Shown piece by piece: positions 36,821 through 46,896 of a stretch of 64,000 nt of DNA. Source of the stretch: Thainema sp. (GTDB taxonomy: Bacteria > Cyanobacteriota > Cyanobacteriia > Phormidesmidales > Phormidesmidaceae); contig JBQLZK010000013.1 of NCBI GenBank assembly GCA_052168235.1, positions 32,001 through 96,000 of the forward strand, in the 5' to 3' direction. Within the stretch, counting starts at the first letter, position 1. Each line of letters begins with the position of its first letter. Made by a program: the position numbers and the translations under genes. The notes under the pieces are model-generated. The model saw nothing but the letters and a program-made list of their open reading frames with translations. It was not told where the DNA came from and did no database searches.

Positions 36821-38260
36821 TCAGGGAGCGGGATCAACTGGTGCAGCGCTGATGGCCCAAGTTGATCGACGGGGAGCTGTCCAGGTAATGCCATCGTTGC
36901 CATCACCTGTCAACTCAATTTCCTCATAGGCCGCTTGAGTATCTACCGCAACCGCGCGATAGGGAACCTGTAAGCTGTCTAATCGTAGTGCGATCGCATC
37001 TGTGTCGGGTAAGTAACACATCGCTGCTGTTTGGCCATCGCGTAGACAGTGCCCATTTTCTGTAATCTGATCATCAGGCTGCATGCCGACTGTGAAATAG
37101 TTCTTGGCAAACGTGCTGTAGGTTTTGATCGCATCTTTATTGGGATAGGGTTCTGAGAATTGGGCATTGCGGGGTTGATGTCCCCAAATATTGGCAACGC
37201 CGCCTGCCATCATTGAGTCCCATAGTCCCTGGATCGTCAGTTCTGGGTTGTAATCTTTTTCGGGATAGCGGGTCGGGGTGCGAATCCGAAACCGATCTTC
37301 GGAAAAGGCCGGACGATTGCCCGCTTTCTCTAGGTGAATCAGATACTCCTCGTAATCTGGCTGGTGCCATTCCCAGGAGGCATAGTCCAGATTGGAGCTG
37401 ATTTCTTTGTATTCGTTTTTGTGGCCGCGCCCGCCAAAGGGGTGGGAATAGCTGCTGTAGGACTGGAACTTCGCTCGAACATCGTCCAGTTCTTTCGCAT
37501 TTGCCCACTCAAACAGATCAAATCCATAGCTGAACGTCCAGCCAGGAATAGGGCCAAGGCGAGCGGCAATTTCTTGATAAAGCTGCTCCGCATCAACGCC
37601 GTAGGTGTCTGGGGTTTCGTCGCGGCTCTTATCACCCCAAATCCAGAAGTGCGTCGTGCCGCCCCGGCGATAGGTTTTCAGCACCACAGCTTCAAAGTAG
37701 GCAGGATTTTCCATGAAGTCGCGCAAATTGGTGATGTGGAACCCCGTAAAGCCGTGCCCATCGACAAATTCATCTAGTCCCGCGTCTAAATCTGGTTTGT
37801 CGTACATGATGTACTGAGGCACGAATGCTTCTCCGGTAGCGGTACGAATCCACTTTTGCCCATTTGCAGCGACAAAGCCTTTAGCGTAGTCTGGTCGCTC
37901 TGCCGAAATCTCAATTTCACCACCCGTACTGAAGCTCCAAACTCCGGGCTGGGTCGGCGTAAACCGAAATTTGGTTTGCCCGTTGTCCTGGAACGTCAGA
38001 ACACGGTGCTCGGTGCCGTCGGTATGCCGAATTGTTACGGGCTGGTATGCCTCACCCGTCGCCGTGATTTCGTAACACTCCCAAGTGGGACGCTGCTCAA
38101 CATCCGGCAATAGGCAGCTTTCCGTATAGTTCGCATTCAAAGCCGCCGACACATCCGGGCTAGGATACAGACGATTCTGCACAAACACCGTCGATACGGC
38201 TACCAGAACTGCGATCGCAACTAAACCAAACAGTTTTGTCCACTTCATGGCTATTAACAC
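36821..38260 (-). CDS. Membrane-anchored or secreted putative glycoside hydrolase (DUF5060/apiosidase-like architecture)
   Basis: N-terminal hydrophobic anchor; FRFTPTQPGVWSF Ig-like motif; barrel-like core with FDLFEW and FSEDRF; C-terminal beta-sandwich. Confidence 0.55.
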   Translation of the reverse strand: MLIAMKWTKLFGLVAIAVLVAVSTVFVQNRLYPSPDVSAALNANYTESCLLPDVEQRPTWECYEITATGEAYQPVTIRHTDGTEHRVLTFQDNGQTKFRFTPTQPGVWSFSTGGEIEISAERPDYAKGFVAANGQKWIRTATGEAFVPQYIMYDKPDLDAGLDEFVDGHGFTGFHITNLRDFMENPAYFEAVVLKTYRRGGTTHFWIWGDKSRDETPDTYGVDAEQLYQEIAARLGPIPGWTFSYGFDLFEWANAKELDDVRAKFQSYSSYSHPFGGRGHKNEYKEISSNLDYASWEWHQPDYEEYLIHLEKAGNRPAFSEDRFRIRTPTRYPEKDYNPELTIQGLWDSMMAGGVANIWGHQPRNAQFSEPYPNKDAIKTYSTFAKNYFTVGMQPDDQITENGHCLRDGQTAAMCYLPDTDAIALRLDSLQVPYRAVAVDTQAAYEEIELTGDGNDGITWTAPRRSTWAISAAPVDPAP

Positions 38261-38400
38261 CCTCTTGACACTGAAGGAGTGAGGAGTAGGTATTTATCCT
38301 CGTGTCCTAATCTAGCGATTGCTGATTCTAGGCCGCAGGGACGATTTAGTGCCTACATCAAACCTAAATCAGCCGATGAAGAAAACTTAACATTACAAAA

Positions 38401-38435
38401 AGGCTTGTCCGGCCACATGGTGGCCGGACAAGCCT
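38401..38435. repeat. Perfect palindrome with 16-bp arms
   Basis: aggcttgtccggccac-atg-gtggccggacaagcct. Confidence 0.8.
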
Positions 38436-38454
38436 CTAGCTTTAAATGTGTTTC

Positions 38455-38552
38455 TATAGCTGTAGTAGCCAACTCAGTCAAGATACGAACATTTTTGCAG
38501 GGCGGCTCCGCCGCCCTGCAAAAATGTCCTAACCAACATGACTAGCGCTATA
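38455..38552. mobile_element. MITE family E copy 1 (98 bp, TATAGC...GCTATA ends)
   Basis: Aligns with 51862-51956; core catttttgcagggcggc-tcc-gccgccctgcaaaaatg. Confidence 0.8.
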
Positions 38553-38558
38553 GATAGC

Positions 38559-41231
38559 TTATTTGGCTGAGTTGGCCTCTAGCTGTTGCAGCCAGAAGCG
38601 GACATCAACATCGAGCTGATTGCCTAGTTCCAACAGTTGACGCGATCGCTCGTCAGAAATTGGAGCTTGCGCGGCATGTTTGGGATTGAGCCGGGGCAGG
38701 ATTTGAGAATTGAGATAGTCCAGATACAGCTCCTGGGCATGGGCGAAGGACAAATTGAGCTGAAGCTGATTGCCGACGCTGATTAAGCGCTTCAACCAGT
38801 CGATATGATTGTCTGTATTGTGAGCTGAACTGTGCAGCATTTGCCACAGCGATCGCAAAATCAACTGTTCCAGTAACTGTTTACCATGCGGCAGGTTGAG
38901 CCCACAGCGGAAGTGACTGGCTTCAACTGCGATCGCTTCCAGTTCAGCCAGATGAGCGAGGCCCGTTTGGGGCGGATGAATATCAACGCTGGTTTCCTGT
39001 TCCAGCAGGGACATGGCGCTAGAGGCTCGATGGCTGAGGGCAACTTCTGCCGCGACCTGGAGTTCCTGCGGCACGTCCAAATTTTCGCGATGGAAAGCCA
39101 TCAAAATGCCGTAGTTATCCCGATAAACCTGGCTGTAGAGCTGATCCAAACGCGCTAGCGTATCGCGGCTGAGTAACTGCATCAGCCGATGGCGCTCTTC
39201 CTCAAAAAGAGTGGATAGATCAAAGAAGGGTTCACCAAAGATCTGCTGCATCGTGAGAATAATTTGAGCCACGCTGGCCTGCTTCAGTACGTCACAAAGC
39301 TGATCTTTTAACTGAGCATAGGCCAACCGACTCTTAAATGGTTGAATGCAGCAGTGGAAATCCCAGCCACCAAGGTGCAGCACAGCAAACACTAAATTCA
39401 CCTTCTCATGGGTGATCTCCGATATGAGCTGGACTTGCCCAATCGCCAATGCCAGTGGCCCCATCCGCTGGAGATGGTAGTCAATCTGGCGCGTTGTGTA
39501 GCAGTAGATGCGCTGCTCCCGCTCATAAACAGTGAACAGCGAATTAATTGCATAGTGTGCCGCAACTTGCTCCAGACTCACCTGCGCTGGACGCACCAGT
39601 TGCCGATAGACTTCAGCTCCCGTCTGGAACTGTTCAACGTTGCTGGGAGCTAAGGCCAAGCGCTTAGTAAACTCGGCTTCGAGCTGAACACCAGAGACTA
39701 ACCCTGCTAGCTCAATTGCACGGGAGGCATAGCGCAGAATCTGAGTGCCCTCTGGCCGCGACAGCTCCTCGAAAAACCAGCCGCAGCTGGTGAACATGAA
39801 CATGGCGTGGCGCTGCATTTCCAAAAGTCGCAGGGCATCCACTCGTTCGGTATTGGACAGTGGGTGCGACTGGTGCTGCTTCAGGAAGCGCTTGACGTTG
39901 GTGTGACTGCGATCGCGCAGAACCTGAACGTAATCATTGCGTGCAGCCCAGGGATCGGTAAACAGCGATCGCGCTGCTTTTTCATACACCTGAACCAGTT
40001 CATCCCGCAGCCAGTTCAGGGCGTCCCGCAGCGGACGCCGCCACTGCTGGTGCCACAGGCCACCGCCACCGCAGCCGCAGTCATCCTGCCAGCGATCCAC
40101 GCCGTGGGAACAGCTCCAGGCGGTGACGGGTTTAAGTTCAACTTCCCAAGTGGGGGGACAAATGCTTAAGTAGTGAGCATAGTTGGTCACTGTCCAGTGA
40201 CGATGGGGGAACTCGCCTACTAGCGCATAGGCCAATGCCTTTTCGGCTCCAGCTTTGTGGTGACCAAAAGTTTCGCCATCGGTGGCAACGGAAATGATCT
40301 GAGCGGGACGCTGATCGCCGCGTACCGCCTGCCCAATCCGACCCGCAAAATGCTGTGAACTAGTCAGGACATCGTTGAAGCCCATATCGCGAGAGATGGG
40401 GCCATCGTAGAAAAAGATGTCTATGTAGTCCGTCTCTGGATTGCCCTTGGGCAGGAAGCAGCGATAGGGACGGGTGGGATCAATCTGGCCGCCGCTGACT
40501 TCGCGCCACTGGGATTCTGACTGATGAGGCGTTGGCAAGGGCCGACAGCGCTGAGCTTGGGAGGGAGCCAGAATAATGAACTTGATCCCCTCGGCCACCA
40601 GTGCTGCTAGCGTCGGGTAATCCACCGCCGTTTCAGCCAGCCACATGCCTTCGGGATCGCGACCAAAGCGGGATTTGAAATCCTCAATCCCCCAGCGGAT
40701 CTGAGTTTCTTTATCTCGCTGATTCGCCAAGGGCAGAATGATGTGGTTATACGCCTGCGCGATCGCATTTCCGTGACCGTTCAATCGTCGGCAGGACAGC
40801 CGATCGGCTTCCAGAATTCGCTGGTAGGTTTCCAAATCATGCCGCTCTAACCAGTTAAGCAGCGTCGGCCCCATGTTGAAGCTGAGATACTCGTAGTTGT
40901 TGACGATTTGCAGCACTTCACCCCGGTCGTTCAAAATGCGGGCAAAGGCATTGGGTCGATAGCTTTCATGCAGAATCCGCTCGTTCCAGTCATGGAACGG
41001 CGCGGCACTGGCTTGACGCTCAATGGCATCTAAATAGGGATTTTCGCGCGGTGGCTGGTAAAAGTGACCATGAACCACGACGTAAACTCCGGTAGCAACC
41101 TTGAGGGGATCATGGGTTTGATCTGCGATCGCACCGCGATCTTGATGTTTAACAAGATTAGGATCGACATCTGCGATCGCGGTTTGAGTTGTCGTGTTCA
41201 GTGTGGCTGCTGGATTATGCAGTTCTGACAT
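38559..41231 (-). CDS. Glycoside hydrolase family 57 protein with DUF3536 domain
   Basis: HGHFYQPPRENP, YNHIILPLA, GMWLAETA, TDGETFGHH, WSCSHGVDRW, MFTSCGWFF. Confidence 0.92.
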   Translation of the reverse strand: MSELHNPAATLNTTTQTAIADVDPNLVKHQDRGAIADQTHDPLKVATGVYVVVHGHFYQPPRENPYLDAIERQASAAPFHDWNERILHESYRPNAFARILNDRGEVLQIVNNYEYLSFNMGPTLLNWLERHDLETYQRILEADRLSCRRLNGHGNAIAQAYNHIILPLANQRDKETQIRWGIEDFKSRFGRDPEGMWLAETAVDYPTLAALVAEGIKFIILAPSQAQRCRPLPTPHQSESQWREVSGGQIDPTRPYRCFLPKGNPETDYIDIFFYDGPISRDMGFNDVLTSSQHFAGRIGQAVRGDQRPAQIISVATDGETFGHHKAGAEKALAYALVGEFPHRHWTVTNYAHYLSICPPTWEVELKPVTAWSCSHGVDRWQDDCGCGGGGLWHQQWRRPLRDALNWLRDELVQVYEKAARSLFTDPWAARNDYVQVLRDRSHTNVKRFLKQHQSHPLSNTERVDALRLLEMQRHAMFMFTSCGWFFEELSRPEGTQILRYASRAIELAGLVSGVQLEAEFTKRLALAPSNVEQFQTGAEVYRQLVRPAQVSLEQVAAHYAINSLFTVYEREQRIYCYTTRQIDYHLQRMGPLALAIGQVQLISEITHEKVNLVFAVLHLGGWDFHCCIQPFKSRLAYAQLKDQLCDVLKQASVAQIILTMQQIFGEPFFDLSTLFEEERHRLMQLLSRDTLARLDQLYSQVYRDNYGILMAFHRENLDVPQELQVAAEVALSHRASSAMSLLEQETSVDIHPPQTGLAHLAELEAIAVEASHFRCGLNLPHGKQLLEQLILRSLWQMLHSSAHNTDNHIDWLKRLISVGNQLQLNLSFAHAQELYLDYLNSQILPRLNPKHAAQAPISDERSRQLLELGNQLDVDVRFWLQQLEANSAK

Positions 41232-41864
41232 AAATGCTGACCTAAATACAGTATCGATAAAGTCAATAGACAGGCGGTAATTGGACGTGCCGTGCAGGGA
41301 TTAACGTTGAAATATTGAATGCTGAATCGAAAGCGAATGAGCTAATAAATTCTAAACGAGGGATAAATAGGGACAAATGAGGTCGATAAAGGGTGTTCAT
41401 GCACCAGTTTCCAACTTAATCACTCGCTAGAGCCAGACTATAACTCGGAGCAATGGTCGGCAGAATCAGAATTTAGATGATAGTGAGTAATGACTGATTA
41501 ATGATGGGTTGGTGGAGCGAAACCCAGTTGAAATAGTGCGTCTAGAGCCACTCCATTGAGCAGCTATTTGGTTTTGGATTGGTATTGAAGATCCACAATT
41601 TTTTAATCATTCCTGTTCTTTATTAAACCGAGATCGGTATCCAGAACAACCCCAACATGCGATCCCCGCAACATATTGTTGCTGACCGTTGCAATCGCGT
41701 TAGGTTTTGCAATAGATTTTGCTCGTTTATGGGAAAACTGCACTGGGGGATCGTCGATCGCCTTAGGTTTAGACCATAATTATGCTGCTAGTTGTGCATA
41801 CCGTTTAAACCTGATTCAACGCTTATTCAATACTTGAACTTTGTAGGACGCTCTAGGATTCTGC

Positions 41865-42980
41865 ATGACCGTCAAAAATCTGATTTTTACCGTACCGCTA
41901 ATTTTTATTCCCATCTCCATCGCGGCTCATTTTCTGGACTGGGGATCAACCGTTGTTTTCGTTACGGCTGCGATCGCAATTATTCCCCTAGCAGGCTGGA
42001 TGGGCACCGCAACTGAGGAAATCGCCGTTGTCGCTGGCCCTACTCTGGGCGGACTGCTCAATGCGACGTTTGGCAACGCGACGGAACTGATTATTGCGAT
42101 CGTGGCGCTGAATGCTGGCCTGGTGAATGTGGTCAAAGCCAGCTTAACGGGTTCGATCATTGGCAACCTACTTCTGGTGATGGGTCTATCGATGCTGCTG
42201 GGCGGAATTCGCTTCAAGGAGCAGGATTTTCAGCCCGTTGTGGCCCGCCTGAATGCGTCGTCGATGAACTTGGCGGTAATTGCCATTCTCGTGCCTACCG
42301 CAGTCGATGTCACTTCTGAAGGGATTGACCAGCCGTTGATGCAGTATCTGTCAGTGGCGGTGGCGGTTGTTTTGATTGTGGTTTATGCCCTGACGCTGCT
42401 GTTCTCGATGAAAACTCACTCCTACCTTTGCGAAGTTGCAGAGGTGGAATTTGCCGAGGATACAGACGGTGTGAGTTCGGAAGCTGAGCATAGCGAGCAT
42501 TCGGTCAACCTGCCGCTGTGGATTGGGGTGCTGCTGGTTGCGACGCTATTTGTCGCCGTGGAATCAGAGTTCCTTGTCAGCGAACTCGAAACGGCAACGG
42601 TGCAGTTAGGCCTGTCTGAACTGTTTACGGGTGTGATCCTGCTGCCGATTATCGGCAACGCGGCTGAACACGCCACGGCGGTGACCGTCGCCATTAAAAA
42701 CAAGATGGATCTCTCAATGGCCGTTGCAGTGGGTTCTAGTCTGCAAATTGCCCTATTCGTTGCGCCCGTCCTGGTACTGGTCGGTTTTGTGATTGGTCAG
42801 CCGATGGATTTGGACTTCAATCCCTTTGAGCTGGTCGCTGTCGCTGTCGCTGTACTGATTGCCAACTCAATTAGCTCCGATGGTAAGTCCAACTGGCTGG
42901 AGGGAACGCTGCTGCTCGCGACCTATACCGTATTGGGCTTTGCCTTCTACTTCCATCCCGTAATCGAAGGAATTGGTTAG
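41865..42980 (+). CDS. cax: Ca2+/H+ antiporter (CAX/ChaA)
   Basis: LLNATFGNATELII, GSIIGNLLL, IIGNAAEH, GSSLQIALFVAP, SNWLEG. Confidence 0.95.
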   Translation: MTVKNLIFTVPLIFIPISIAAHFLDWGSTVVFVTAAIAIIPLAGWMGTATEEIAVVAGPTLGGLLNATFGNATELIIAIVALNAGLVNVVKASLTGSIIGNLLLVMGLSMLLGGIRFKEQDFQPVVARLNASSMNLAVIAILVPTAVDVTSEGIDQPLMQYLSVAVAVVLIVVYALTLLFSMKTHSYLCEVAEVEFAEDTDGVSSEAEHSEHSVNLPLWIGVLLVATLFVAVESEFLVSELETATVQLGLSELFTGVILLPIIGNAAEHATAVTVAIKNKMDLSMAVAVGSSLQIALFVAPVLVLVGFVIGQPMDLDFNPFELVAVAVAVLIANSISSDGKSNWLEGTLLLATYTVLGFAFYFHPVIEGIG

Positions 42981-42984
42981 ATAT

Positions 42985-43012
42985 GTAGGGGCGAATGGCC
43001 ATTCGCCCCTAC
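42985..43012. repeat. REP-like GTAG...CTAC palindrome
   Basis: gtaggggcgaatggccattcgcccctac; relatives at 45066-45095 and 48821-48848. Confidence 0.8.
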
Positions 43013-43143
43013 CCAGATCAACAAAATAAACAACGGTGTGCCAGATAAATATTTGGCTTCGGAACGTCTGGTCGAAGTGGCCCGTCTGGAAACATCGAGA
43101 CTTGTGTATTGTTATCAGATAAGCATTCAGAGGAGCGTCCACC

Positions 43144-45042
43144 ATGAGCGGGGTTAAGGGGCTAAAATCTGGCCTCCAATTTGTTGCGATCGCACTAATC
43201 ACCATTAGCACCGTCTTGCTATGCAGCGGGAAACCAACACCCGCCCAGTCGGTGCGATTCAGCGATCTGCAGGGCCATTGGGCGCAGCCCTGTATTGAAG
43301 ATTTAGCCGCTCGTCGGGTGATCAACGGCTATCCAGACGGCACGGTGCGCCCCAACGGCTTGGTCACTCGGGCCGAGTTTGCCACAATGGTAGACGCGGC
43401 CTTTTCGCCCGATCCGCTGCGGAGCCCAATTCAATTTACCGATGTGCCATCGAATCACTGGGCATCTAGCGCGATTCGCAGCGCCTTTCAGTCCGACTTT
43501 ATGAGCGGCTATCCCGGCAATCGGTTTGTGCCCAGCCAGAATATTCCCCGTGCCCAGGTACTAGTTGCGATCGCAAGTGGCCTCCAGGTTGCGCCCCAAG
43601 CCGTGGCCGAGAATGAGCTAGAAACCTGGTTCGACGATGCCTCACTGATCCCGGAATATGCTCGACCGGGTGTGACGGCAGCGTTAGAGAATAAGCTGAT
43701 CGTCAACTATCCCAACGTGCGGCGGCTTGATCCCAATCGGCCAGCTACGCGGGCAGAAGTAGCAACGGCAATTTGCCAAGCCTACAGCGCCGAAACGCAG
43801 GTGAGTCTGATTTCGGCCCAGTACATCGCTTCGGTGGATGGGACAGGCGGTACTGTCGTGAATAATCCTAACCCCAATCCCGGTACTGGAGTGCCCGTTC
43901 AGCCCTCCACGCCGATTCTGCGACCGAATCCCCGGCCCAATTTGCCCAGTGAGGAAATTCGCGGCGTTTGGTTGACCAATGTGGATAGTGAGGTGCTGTT
44001 CAGTACTGAGCGGCTGAAAACTGCGATCGCAGAACTGGCCGACATGAACTTCAACACCATTTACCCAACGGTGTGGAACTGGGGCTACACGCTCTATCCC
44101 AGCGAAATCGCCGAGCAGGTATTTGGTTGGCGGGTTGATCCCGAACCGGGACTGCAAGACCGCGACATGCTGGCTGAGGCCGTCGAAGAAGGTCATCGGC
44201 ACAACATGAAAGTCTTGCCCTGGTTTGAATTCGGCTTCATGGCTCCCTCTTACTCGGATTTAGCCAAAGAGCGCCCCGAATGGCTGACTCAGAGACTAGA
44301 CGGTAGCCAAATTTATATGCAAGGCGAACACCCCCGCGTCTGGCTGAATCCCTTCCATCCGGAGGTGCAGGAGTTCATCATCAGCATGGTGACGGAAATC
44401 GTCGCCAACTACGACATCGACGGTATCCAGTTTGATGACCACTTTGGCCTGCCCTATGAGTTTGGCTACGACCCATACACCGTCAAGCTCTACAAGCAGG
44501 AGCACAAAGGCCAAGCACCACCCGCCGATCCCCAAGATCCCGAATGGATCCGCTGGCGAGCCGACCGGATCAGCCGCGACTTTGCCCGCATGTTCCGCGC
44601 GATTAAGAACACGAAAGAGGACTGCATCGTCGCCCTATCACCCAATCCTCAGCCCTTCGCGATTGAAAACTTCCTGCAGGACTGGATCACCTGGGAGCGG
44701 GAAGGCTGGCTGGAAGAGCTGATCCTCCAGGTCTATCGCCCTGATATGGAACGGTTCATCATGGAGCTGAATCGTCCGACGATCCAAGCCGTGCGTCGCC
44801 ATATCCCGGTCGGTATTGGTATTATGACTGGGTTGAAAAACTATCCCGTACCAATGGAACTGATTTGGCAGCAGGTGCAAGCGGCTCGTCAGGCTGGCTA
44901 TCGCGGCGTATCATTCTTCTTCTACGAAACGCTGTGGACGGGTAATGAGGGACGCGACACGCGCAAGCGACTGTTCCAATCTCTATTTGCCACACCTGCC
45001 AAGCATCCAAATTTGAATGATGGCTGGACGATCCCGTTTTAG
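43144..45042 (+). CDS. S-layer homology (3x SLH) domain protein with GHL10/DUF187 glycosyl hydrolase-like domain
   Basis: FSDLQGHWA, GYPDG, TRAEFA SLH motifs; EIRGVWLT, PWFEFGF, DGIQFDDHF. Confidence 0.92.
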   Translation: MSGVKGLKSGLQFVAIALITISTVLLCSGKPTPAQSVRFSDLQGHWAQPCIEDLAARRVINGYPDGTVRPNGLVTRAEFATMVDAAFSPDPLRSPIQFTDVPSNHWASSAIRSAFQSDFMSGYPGNRFVPSQNIPRAQVLVAIASGLQVAPQAVAENELETWFDDASLIPEYARPGVTAALENKLIVNYPNVRRLDPNRPATRAEVATAICQAYSAETQVSLISAQYIASVDGTGGTVVNNPNPNPGTGVPVQPSTPILRPNPRPNLPSEEIRGVWLTNVDSEVLFSTERLKTAIAELADMNFNTIYPTVWNWGYTLYPSEIAEQVFGWRVDPEPGLQDRDMLAEAVEEGHRHNMKVLPWFEFGFMAPSYSDLAKERPEWLTQRLDGSQIYMQGEHPRVWLNPFHPEVQEFIISMVTEIVANYDIDGIQFDDHFGLPYEFGYDPYTVKLYKQEHKGQAPPADPQDPEWIRWRADRISRDFARMFRAIKNTKEDCIVALSPNPQPFAIENFLQDWITWEREGWLEELILQVYRPDMERFIMELNRPTIQAVRRHIPVGIGIMTGLKNYPVPMELIWQQVQAARQAGYRGVSFFFYETLWTGNEGRDTRKRLFQSLFATPAKHPNLNDGWTIPF

Positions 45043-45065
45043 GAAGTGACACAAGAGGGATAAAT

Positions 45066-45136
45066 CGTCAGGGCGAATGGCTATTCGCCCTGACGCAAGG
45101 TTATACGAAAAGGCAGCGTAGTGACGCTGCCTTTTC
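45066..45136 (+). terminator. REP-like palindrome followed by a terminator hairpin
   Basis: cgtcagggcgaatggctattcgccctgacg, then gaaaaggcagcgt-agtg-acgctgccttttc. Confidence 0.65.
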
Positions 45137-45308
45137 TTGTTTAAAAACCCAAAATCGCGATCTCACCTTTCAATCCAGACATAAAATTCGGGCATGATAG
45201 AAGCAGCGATCCCGTTGACTAACATGCTGTTACTGATACTGAATCGGGCAATGGCGAATTAGTATAGTCGCGTATGATTGCAGTGTTGCGCTGGATGAAA
45301 GCCATTTT

Positions 45309-45755
45309 ATGAGCCGCATTAAACTCGTGAGTGTGATTACCTTAGTTGCCGTGCTGAGTGGTGGCGCTGCAATTTTTAGCCAAGGATTTGCGAAATCGGG
45401 CCAGTTCTCGGCGGGTAAACGCTATTCACTGGAAACTGCGATCGCATCCTTTGAAGTGAATCTCGACAGCTTGGAGGAGGCCGGATTCATGCAGTGGACA
45501 CCGTCTAGCGCTTCGATGGAAATGGTGGACGTGATGAATGCAACTCAGATTCTTTTGCCGGAAGAGGAAGCCGAATTTCGCCAAGCAGGTAAGCCCATCC
45601 CCGACCCCATTCCCTATGTCTTGGAAAAGCCCACCAACCCCTGGCAAATCGTCGTGATCCCCGATGACACCGCCCAAAAAATTCGCATAGAAGGCTACGG
45701 CGTAGATCTCACTCAACCCCTGATCACCAAAGAATGGCCCTGCTGCTCGTTCTAA
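45309..45755 (+). CDS. Hypothetical exported or membrane-anchored protein
   Basis: 148-aa ORF with an N-terminal hydrophobic segment; no family recognised. Confidence 0.6.
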   Translation: MSRIKLVSVITLVAVLSGGAAIFSQGFAKSGQFSAGKRYSLETAIASFEVNLDSLEEAGFMQWTPSSASMEMVDVMNATQILLPEEEAEFRQAGKPIPDPIPYVLEKPTNPWQIVVIPDDTAQKIRIEGYGVDLTQPLITKEWPCCSF

Positions 45756-45772
45756 GGCAAATCACAGATTCA

Positions 45773-45825
45773 TTTTGTTTTTCGAGGGGGAAATCTTCGC
45801 GAGATTTCCCCCTCGAAAAACAAAA
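45773..45825. repeat. Long palindrome (24-bp arms), possible terminator or MITE core
   Basis: ttttgtttttcgagggggaaatct-tcgcg-agatttccccctcgaaaaacaaaa. Confidence 0.75.
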
Positions 45826-45877
45826 ATAATATGCCATTAGGATATAGGCGTTGTTTCGCATGTTTTAAGCAGGATTC

Positions 45878-46462
45878 ATGTTTATCGACTACATCACCCT
45901 CATGTTGATCAACATGGTGGCGGGGCTAGTGCTATTAGCGGACTTTGTCTATCACGGACTGGATGACGGAGCCAATCTCAAGCGCTGGATACCCGGATTT
46001 GGCATCGTTGGCGGCATTGCTCTCGCCACCGGACTGCACATGATTTGGACGTGGCCTGTGATCGGCAGCTTCAATATCTCCTTTGGCGAAACCACCGTCA
46101 TGTTCGGCTTCTTATTTACGGCTGCCGCAGTTGCGATCGCGCTCAATTGGGATTTACTCACGATCGCGATTTATGCGTTCTTTGCCGGATTGGCCTCTGT
46201 GCTGATCGGCATTCGCATCATCAACTTGGGGCAAACCAATCAGCCCGTTGTCGCGGGTCTTGGCTTTATCCTGACTGGACTCGGTGGCATCCTCTCCGCA
46301 CCAACGCTGATCTATTTACGCAGCAGCAAAGGTTGGCGCACTTTGGGAGCAATTGTTCTGCTAGTCGCAGCCCTCATCTGGGCAATTATTGGCTACAGAG
46401 GCTACTGGGGACATTTGGAAAGCTTTAGCGATTGGCAACCCCCTGTCATGCGAGGAAACTAG
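45878..46462 (+). CDS. DUF981 family membrane protein
   Basis: MFIDYITLMLIN...TWPVIGSFNISFGE; multiple TM helices. Confidence 0.8.
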   Translation: MFIDYITLMLINMVAGLVLLADFVYHGLDDGANLKRWIPGFGIVGGIALATGLHMIWTWPVIGSFNISFGETTVMFGFLFTAAAVAIALNWDLLTIAIYAFFAGLASVLIGIRIINLGQTNQPVVAGLGFILTGLGGILSAPTLIYLRSSKGWRTLGAIVLLVAALIWAIIGYRGYWGHLESFSDWQPPVMRGN

Positions 46463-46896
46463 CCATTGGTGGGTGTAGCCCACATAATCGAGTTACGACA
46501 GATAGTTCTAATGGTTCTAAATGCGTAGCACCATACAGGGGAATTTAGGCAAATCCTGACTTTGTTAAGGAAGTGTAATTCTGCTTTCTCTGGAATATAA
46601 ACCGCAAACCCTTTGTCTTATGTGGGTTACACGATGAACAGCAGCTTTATATTTGCGCTCTCAGTTCACCTGACACACGTTAGCATCAAGTTAATCTCGG
46701 TATAGGGCAGCCGAATTTGTATTGGTTGATGCATTATTAAAGCTAGGATAGTGATTCAGCTCATTGCCGTTTGTTGAGTTAGCGAGCATCTGCCAATCAG
46801 CAAATTTGTTTAATGTACGTCAACGGCATGGGCATGGATGATGAGCCAGAGTAAATCTGGTGATTTTCTGTATTTGTAGTTTAATTTAGCGATTGA

